The notes beneath the pieces are model-generated. The model was not told the DNA's origin, made no database searches, and saw nothing but the letters and a program-made list of their open reading frames with translations. DNA of 33,044 nucleotides from positions 1 through 33,044 of the forward strand of contig MCFE01000826.1 in assembly GCA_002104905.1 (NCBI GenBank). Direction: 5' to 3'. Below are positions 31,976 to 33,044 of the stretch, piece by piece. The DNA comes from Basidiobolus meristosporus CBS 931.73. Its lineage: Eukaryota; Fungi; Basidiobolomycota. Within the stretch, counting starts at the first letter, position 1. Every line of letters starts with the position of its first letter. The position numbers and the translations under genes were made by a program.

Positions 31976-33044
31976 TGCTATAAGCATTTTGGAGATACTG
32001 GAAGTGATTGTAACACTAAGTAGATAGTATTGTTTTCTCTTAATGATTGACCAAAAGTAGAGTAGCATTTATACTTTCAAATAGTGTTGGGAAAGAAAGC
32101 ATTCAGTATATATTTAGAAATGTCCATGAGCATATGTACAGGGTTAGCAACTGTTTCAATAACTTTGAGAATTTTTCATGTTTCCAAAATGTGATTTACT
32201 AGTGAATGTATTCTAGGTTGATCTCAACAAGTAACTTGGCTGGTACTCTTGCAGATATATAAGACATGATCCCAGTGACTAAGTTAGATGAGTATATAGG
32301 TGAATCACAAATACTTACAGCATGCTTACTTGAACAGCTATTTCAAGATAACTAATTCTTCATGGTCATATTAGGTATTCACATTGGTTTCCAGCTAACC
32401 ACTGGCTAAGTATATCCACTAAAATTTCTTATGTGAGCAGTTAACTACGTTAACTAAGTTTTTCTCTATCGCTTCATGTAAGAAATGATGTGTGATATAT
32501 ATATAGCTTAGTGTTAGCATGCAAGGCTGAATTTACAAATAGTTGCTGAGCTCTATGAAATAGCTCATTTACAGTAAAAAAAGGTATATCCTGTTGTGGA
32601 TTTTCAAGATTTTAAGTATTGTCCACAATCAGGATCATGATATCCCACAAGATCCTGCTTCAAGCTTCTATAGGTGTACCTAGAGCAGATATCAGTAGTT
32701 CAAGTATCTGAAATTCCATCTAACTGCTACAACAAGACCAGATCAATAACTCAGAGTATGTTTGCATATAACTGTTGCTGGATATGAGTTATGTAGATGT
32801 ACTCCAAGCATGATATACATCAAACTTTCAATTGTAGATGGTCAAGAGAAGTTTGTGCTTGCATATGGGAATAACTTCCCTTGACTTAATTGAGTTTTGG
32901 CCAAATTGAGGCTTGTCTCTACTGGGGTTGCTGCCAGTTTACAGCCTTCTATTTAGTACTTGTAAGTAAAGCACAAATATACTTAAACAGGTTCAGGGTG
33001 AGAGTATCAAAACTTTGGCCTGTAGAGAGCTTTATCCCTGCGTA
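31976..33044 (-). mobile_element. Copia-E: old family-1 copia element, 3' LTR (31976-32322) plus RNase H/RT C-terminal remnant, running off the window
   Basis: The LTR aligns with 6635-6982, and 32323-32900 aligns with 6983-7750 with many transitions and a deletion. Confidence 0.8.

Noticed and set aside
1-33044. CRISPR arrays, tRNA/rRNA genes, telomeric repeats
   Set aside because: I saw no regularly spaced short repeats, cloverleaf or rRNA-like segments, or telomere-motif arrays. The repeated 11-28 bp motifs are transposon termini.

Overview
Eukaryotic window, most likely fungal (short GT-AG introns with CTAAC branch points; the exact lineage cannot be told from sequence). Bases 1-809 (minus strand) hold the first four exons of a Ku80 gene. 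The region is CpG-rich and exon 4 is one base short of frame. From about 1.2 kb to the end the window is a CpG-depleted nest of decayed transposons with three layers. (1) The substrate is at least four diverged copies of a two-gene unit: a CACTA/EnSpm-like Transposase_21 pseudogene plus a divergently transcribed accessory gene 'X'. Once insertions and inversions are undone, these units lie head-to-tail and I see no TIRs between them. (2) A 3.4-kb PIF/Harbinger-superfamily (PHIS) DNA transposon with AGACTTGTTCC ends, 3-bp ATT/AAT target duplications, a DDE_Tnp_4 transposase and a Myb/SANT-like second ORF is present as three two-ended copies and three partial ends. Swapped target-site halves show these copies drove nested inversions over about 12 kb. 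(3) Ty1/copia elements and solo LTRs of three LTR families, mostly with 5-bp TSDs. No intact transposase or pol ORF, RNA gene or CRISPR array was found. All alignments and counts were done by eye.
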